This document shows positions 59,178 through 64,000 of a DNA stretch of 64,000 bases, piece after piece; the stretch's first letter is position 1; every line of letters starts with the position of its first letter. The DNA comes from Bacteroidales bacterium (GTDB lineage: Bacteria > Bacteroidota > Bacteroidia > Bacteroidales > PUMT01), in contig SLPB01000001.1 in the NCBI GenBank assembly GCA_007132225.1, forward strand, positions 1,698 through 65,697. Direction: 5' to 3'. Under the pieces are notes generated by a model. It saw only the letters and a program-made list of their open reading frames with translations, ran no database searches and had not been told where the DNA came from. Made by a program: the position numbers and the translations under genes.

Positions 59178-61796
59178 TTGGATAAAAAGCCAGCATATAC
59201 GGAAACGCCCCTGATGAAGCAATACAACAACATCAAGTCAAAGCATCCCGATGCTATTTTGTTGTTCAGGGTTGGTGATTTCTACGAAACATTTGGAGCG
59301 GATGCCATACGGACTTCTGAAATACTGGGCATCACCCTTACAAGAAGGGCCAACGGGGCTGCTTCTTATGTTGAGCTGGCAGGATTTCCCCATCATTCAA
59401 TTGAGACCTATCTCCCCAGACTGGTTAGGGCCGGACAAAGGGTGGCTATCTGCGAACAGCTTGAAGATCCCAGGCTGGCAAAAAAAATAGTTAAACGGGG
59501 CATAACCGAGCTTGTGACCCCCGGAGTGGCTTTTAATGAAAACGTACTCGAGCATAAACAAAACAATTTTCTTGCCTGTGTGCATGTAGAAAAAAATGTT
59601 GCCGGCATTGCATTTTTGGATGTCACTACGGGGGAGTTTTTTGTTGCCCAGGGGAGCCATGCTTATACAGATAAGCTTCTTAATAACTTCAGTCCCAAAG
59701 AGGTCCTTTTTGAGAAAGGCAAACAGGATATTTTTATCAATACATTCGGAACCGGTTTCTACACATATAAGCTGGATGAATGGGTTTTTCACAGTGAAGC
59801 ATGTTATGAAAAGCTTCTGAATCATTTCAATACCTCATCTCTTAAGGGTTTTGGCATAGAAACATTTTCCATGGGTATAATTGCTGCAGGAGCTATTCTG
59901 CATTACCTGGAACTTACCCGTCATGAAAAGTTAAGTCACATAAACTCCATTTCACGTCTGGAAGAGGATACCTATGTATGGCTCGACAAGTTCACCATAA
60001 GGAACCTGGAAATGTATTATTCATTAAATGAGGGCGCCAGGACACTTGTCTCGGTAATGGACAAAACATTTTCTCCCATGGGAGGCCGGTTGCTGAAAAG
60101 GTGGATGAGCCTTCCCCTGAAGGATGCGGATCAGGTAAATGAACGTCTGGACATCGTGGATTTTTTAAATAAAAATGAAGTTTACAGGGATCTGTTATCT
60201 TCAAACCTCAAACAAACAGGTGACCTGGAAAGGCTTGCCTCCAAGATATCAACCGGAAGGATCAATCCCCGCGAGCTTGTTCAGCTCAAAACTGCACTTG
60301 ATTGTGCAGGTTCCATAAAAAGTGCCTGTCTAGAATCCGGGCAGCAGGCTCTTATGGAAACAGGAAAGCAAATCCGGCCCTTAAGTGAGCTTATTAACCG
60401 GATAGCTTCAGAGATCAGGGATGATCCGCCAAATTCAGTTCAAAAGGGGAACGTGATAGCCCCCGGGGTATCGGCCAGGCTGGATGAATTACGCGATATC
60501 CTGCATTCAGGGAAAGATTACCTGATCAATCTGCAGCAAAGGGAAAGTGAGAAAACGGGGATACCATCTCTCAAGATAAGCTTTAATAATGTTTTCGGTT
60601 ATTACATTGAGGTTCGGAATACCCATAAAGACAAGATCCCGGGGGACTGGATCAGGAAACAGACCCTGGTCAGCGCAGAGAGGTATATTACTGAAGAGCT
60701 CAAAGGGTATGAAGAAAAGATCCTTGGTGCAGAGGAGAAGATACTTAAGCTTGAGACACAACTTTTCTCAGACCTGGTTGAGGCCTCAATAGTTCACATA
60801 CCTGACATACAGCAAAATTCCGCAATGATTGCCCGTATTGACTGTCTTCTTTCATTTGCCCGCCTTTCTATTGAAAACAGGTATTGCAGGCCTGAGGTAA
60901 ATAACAGTAAAATTATTGACATCAAAGGAGGCAGGCACCCGGTTATTGAGCAACAGCTCCCGCCGGGCCAGGAATATGTTGCCAATGATGTCTTTCTGGA
61001 CGACAGCAGTCAGCAGATAATAATAATAACCGGGCCCAACATGTCGGGTAAATCGGCCCTGCTCAGGCAGACAGCCCTTATTGTACTTATGGCCCAGATG
61101 GGATGCTTTGTCCCGGCTACATCTGCTGTAACCGGGATTGTAGATAAAATATTCACCAGGGTAGGAGCATCAGACAACATATCACTCGGGGAGTCCACTT
61201 TTATGGTAGAAATGAACGAGGCGGCAAGTATTCTGAACAATATCTCCGGCCGCAGCCTTATTTTACTTGATGAGATCGGACGCGGAACAAGTACCTACGA
61301 TGGCATTTCCATTGCCTGGGCAATGGCGGAATATATTCATGAATATCCGAATGGAAAGGCGAAAACACTTTTCGCAACTCATTATCATGAACTAAATGAG
61401 ATGGAGCACTCATTCAGACGTATCAAAAATTTCAATGTCTCGGTAAAGGAAATAGACAACAAGGTAATCTTCCTTCGAAAGCTGGTTCCCGGAGGCAGTG
61501 AACACAGCTTTGGGATTCATGTTGCCAGGATGGCAGGCATGCCAAAAAGCGTTGTGAAAAGAGCAGGCAGTATACTCAGGGAGCTGGAAAAATCACATGA
61601 CGGCAATCCGCTTATCAAACCAGTATCTGCACTTGCAGGGCAACGGGAAGGGCTGCAGCTGAGCATCTTCCAGATGGACGATCCGGTTCTTAAACAAATA
61701 AGGGACGAGATAATGAATCTTGATATTAATAATCTGACCCCTTTTGAAGCCCTGAACAAACTCAATGAGATAAAGAAAATAACAGATATTAAGTAG
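59178..61796 (+). CDS. mutS: DNA mismatch repair protein MutS
   Basis: 872 aa with 'TPLMKQY', 'GDFYE(T)F', Walker A 'GPNMSGKS' and '[12 protein letters not shown]'. The TTG start is retained because the conserved TPLMKQY precedes the first ATG. Confidence 0.92.
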   Translation: MDKKPAYTETPLMKQYNNIKSKHPDAILLFRVGDFYETFGADAIRTSEILGITLTRRANGAASYVELAGFPHHSIETYLPRLVRAGQRVAICEQLEDPRLAKKIVKRGITELVTPGVAFNENVLEHKQNNFLACVHVEKNVAGIAFLDVTTGEFFVAQGSHAYTDKLLNNFSPKEVLFEKGKQDIFINTFGTGFYTYKLDEWVFHSEACYEKLLNHFNTSSLKGFGIETFSMGIIAAGAILHYLELTRHEKLSHINSISRLEEDTYVWLDKFTIRNLEMYYSLNEGARTLVSVMDKTFSPMGGRLLKRWMSLPLKDADQVNERLDIVDFLNKNEVYRDLLSSNLKQTGDLERLASKISTGRINPRELVQLKTALDCAGSIKSACLESGQQALMETGKQIRPLSELINRIASEIRDDPPNSVQKGNVIAPGVSARLDELRDILHSGKDYLINLQQRESEKTGIPSLKISFNNVFGYYIEVRNTHKDKIPGDWIRKQTLVSAERYITEELKGYEEKILGAEEKILKLETQLFSDLVEASIVHIPDIQQNSAMIARIDCLLSFARLSIENRYCRPEVNNSKIIDIKGGRHPVIEQQLPPGQEYVANDVFLDDSSQQIIIITGPNMSGKSALLRQTALIVLMAQMGCFVPATSAVTGIVDKIFTRVGASDNISLGESTFMVEMNEAASILNNISGRSLILLDEIGRGTSTYDGISIAWAMAEYIHEYPNGKAKTLFATHYHELNEMEHSFRRIKNFNVSVKEIDNKVIFLRKLVPGGSEHSFGIHVARMAGMPKSVVKRAGSILRELEKSHDGNPLIKPVSALAGQREGLQLSIFQMDDPVLKQIRDEIMNLDINNLTPFEALNKLNEIKKITDIK

Positions 61797-62099
61797 TTCT
61801 ATTCATTTACAATTTTTACAGGGCCGGGAGATAGTACTTCTTCCTTAAACCTTTAAACAGCAGCAGTCCGGCTTTAAACTTTTTTAACAAAACTCTTTTA
61901 TATATAAAAATAATATTACATCTTTGTAACAACCTTTTAATCAAAGAACCTTGCAAAATCATTGAAAATATTATATTTTTCGGTATTTTCATTTAACTTA
62001 ACAAACAATAATATTTCGTCACAACCTAATACCAATAACTATATTATGCAATTAATAACCCATCTTTTTTTAACTCTAAATTAACCTAAAATTTTATTT

Positions 62100-64000
62100 A
62101 TGAAAAAAGTGACTATTCTACTGTTACTCTTTGTGTTTTGCAGTGTTTACCTATTGCAGGCACAAACAGTTCAGATTACCGGAACTGTAATAGGTTCTGA
62201 GGATGAGCAGCCCATACCCGGGGCATCCGTTGTTGTTCAAAATACCACAATCGGTACAATTACCGATTTAGATGGTAACTACAGTCTGGATGTTCCTGCT
62301 GATTTCGAAATCCTGGTATACAGCTTTGTGGGGTATACGACCCAGGAGATTGCAATTGAAGGCCGCACAGTTATCAATGTAACCCTCGAGCCCGATGTTC
62401 TGGCATTAGAAGAGGTTGTTGTTACAGCCGTTGGTATTCAAAGAACAACCAAAAGCCTGGGTTACTCCCTTTCCACGGTTCAGGGAGAGGCCACCCAGCA
62501 AAGATCCGAGCCCGATGTTTTGCGGGCACTGCAGGGCAAAGTTCCCGGTGTTGACATAACCGGAAGCATGGGTGCTGCCGGTAGTGCAACAAGGATTACC
62601 ATAAGGGGATCCTCATCCTTCTTTGGTAATAACCAGCCGCTGATTATTGTTGATGGGATACCATACAGTAATGAAGAATATGCCACCACCAACAGAAGTG
62701 TTGCCGGTGGTGCCTACTCCAGCGGCCTTGCTACACTTGACCAGTACAATATCAAGTCAATGAACGTTCTTAAGGGTGCTGCTGCTGCTGCACTTTACGG
62801 TTCAAGGGCCTCAAATGGCGTGATAGTTATTGAAACCAAAACCGGCCAGTCAATGGCAGCCCCACGGGGACTTGAAGTTGGCCTTAGCGTGTCCAACTCA
62901 TGGGAGACAATTTCAAATCTGCCTGATTATCAGAACAGCTACGGGGCAGGTGTTGATTTTGCATATGCTGCAGCCAACGGTTCGTGGGGACCTCATTTTG
63001 ACGACCTGGACGAGATACCCCTTTGGGATGAGTACGCAAATGCGTTCCCGGACTGGGATGATACTGTACCCTACCAGGCCTATCCCAACAATGTAAGAAA
63101 CCTGTTCAACACCGGGCACCTTCAGGAGTACTCTTTTAATGCTTCCGGAGGGACAGACAGGAGCAGCCTTACATTAACCGCTTCTGCCACCGACCAGGCA
63201 GGATATATACCTAATTCTCATTTTGACAGATACTCTATAAGTGTCGGCGGGAACAGCCGCCTTGAAAACGGGATCAGGGTAAACGGGTCGTTCAATTATA
63301 CCACCAGCAACCAGGTTGGGGGTTTCTTTGGAAACAACCAGGCTGCAGCAGATGAGACCGCGTCATCATGGGCCCGCACGCTGTTTCTTGCCCGCAACTG
63401 GGATATGGACCTTCCCTATACCAACCCTGTAACCGGGGGGACAGTTTTTCATATTGGCGTAGGCCAGGCCGACAACCCTCTGTGGTCATGGGAAAACAAT
63501 ACCATAACTACAGATATTGACCGTGTTGTTGCCAATGCTTCTATACAATATGACTTTACCGACTGGCTGAACCTCTCTTATCAGATCGGTGTCAACACTT
63601 ACACACAGAGAAGAACAGAAGTTCATAACCTTGGCAGCCGTGCCTTTGACGGGCGAGGCGGCATAACCGAGGATGATGTCTGGAACCAGGAACTGGAATC
63701 CAATGTCCTGCTTACCTTCACCAGGGCACTGACACCAGATCTTAATATTAAAGCTATTGCCGGCCAGAGTTTCAACCAAAGAACCCTTGACCGCAACTCG
63801 GTAAGGGGCAGGAACATGATCTCGCCCGGTATATACCATGTGGGAAATACCACTGATATTGTTCCCTTTATCTCCCAGTTTTATCAGCAACGCAGGTTAA
63901 ATGCAGTATTTACGGATGTTGCCCTGGGATACCGTGACTACCTGTTCCTTACATTAACCGGAAGGAATGACTGGTCATCCACTCTTCCCGAAGAAGACCG
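62100..64000 (+). CDS. SusC/RagA-family TonB-dependent outer-membrane receptor, N-terminal ~633 codons; continues past the right edge
   Basis: Absent from the ORF track because there is no stop in the window. My translation from the ATG at 62100 is MKKVTILLLLFVFCSVYLLQAQTVQITGTVIGSEDEQPIPGASVVVQNTTIGTITDLDGNYSL (CarboxypepD_reg-like), followed by plug motifs 'RITIRGSSSF..NQPLIIVDGIPY' and 'NIKSMNVLKGAAAAALYGSRASNGVIVIETK'. Confidence 0.85.
   Translation, partial: MKKVTILLLLFVFCSVYLLQAQTVQITGTVIGSEDEQPIPGASVVVQNTTIGTITDLDGNYSLDVPADFEILVYSFVGYTTQEIAIEGRTVINVTLEPDVLALEEVVVTAVGIQRTTKSLGYSLSTVQGEATQQRSEPDVLRALQGKVPGVDITGSMGAAGSATRITIRGSSSFFGNNQPLIIVDGIPYSNEEYATTNRSVAGGAYSSGLATLDQYNIKSMNVLKGAAAAALYGSRASNGVIVIETKTGQSMAAPRGLEVGLSVSNSWETISNLPDYQNSYGAGVDFAYAAANGSWGPHFDDLDEIPLWDEYANAFPDWDDTVPYQAYPNNVRNLFNTGHLQEYSFNASGGTDRSSLTLTASATDQAGYIPNSHFDRYSISVGGNSRLENGIRVNGSFNYTTSNQVGGFFGNNQAAADETASSWARTLFLARNWDMDLPYTNPVTGGTVFHIGVGQADNPLWSWENNTITTDIDRVVANASIQYDFTDWLNLSYQIGVNTYTQRRTEVHNLGSRAFDGRGGITEDDVWNQELESNVLLTFTRALTPDLNIKAIAGQSFNQRTLDRNSVRGRNMISPGIYHVGNTTDIVPFISQFYQQRRLNAVFTDVALGYRDYLFLTLTGRNDWSSTLPEED

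Noticed and set aside
61797-62099. Possible invertible promoter (inverton) upstream of the SusC-like gene. The spacers at 25523-25833 and 31764-32059 were checked for the same reason
   Set aside because: I looked for flanking inverted repeats of 12 bp or more bracketing a promoter-sized segment and found only short (4-6 bp) palindromes. No recombinase gene is present in the window.

Overview
This window reads as a chromosomal segment of a Bacteroidota genome. Supporting signs are a type III glutamine synthetase, T9SS type-A and type-B C-terminal sorting domains, a PorP/SprF gene, a SusC/RagA-type TonB receptor, TAnnTTTG-type -7 boxes and no Shine-Dalgarno sequences. Coding density is high, with about 45 genes and one tRNA-Phe, and most genes are housekeeping. 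These include a purM-like gene, a speA-speB-deoxyhypusine-synthase-like polyamine operon, glnA (GSIII), gpmI, rlmH, der, era, glmM, mdh, secDF, tatA and mutS. I saw no transposase, integrase, phage gene, CRISPR array, rRNA or recognisable defence gene. The least ordinary stretch is 21.8-36.2 kb. It holds a 1239-aa multi-pass orphan histidine kinase. Next comes a T9SS type-B cargo, PorP/SprF and PD40+PKD cassette whose cargo has an uncharacterised poly-Gly N-terminal domain and an in-frame G8 tract. Last is an unknown secreted protein apparently co-transcribed with a beta-propeller/Y_Y_Y-PP2C sensor phosphatase. A second candidate is a CarH/LitR-type MerR regulator with an intact Wx9EH plus ExHxxG AdoB12 motif set. 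It lies upstream of an orphan ECF sigma factor, which resembles the LitR/LitS arrangement. Smaller oddities are a 198-aa TatA with a 24-aa tandem-repeat tail overlapping secDF, a perfect 9x heptanucleotide repeat across a stop codon and promoter region, two 24-bp tandem duplications (era 3' end, S8 protease leader), and an orphan minus-strand terminator with nested hairpins. All calls come from reading the sequence and the ORF track by eye. No database search was run, so family names are motif-based inferences.
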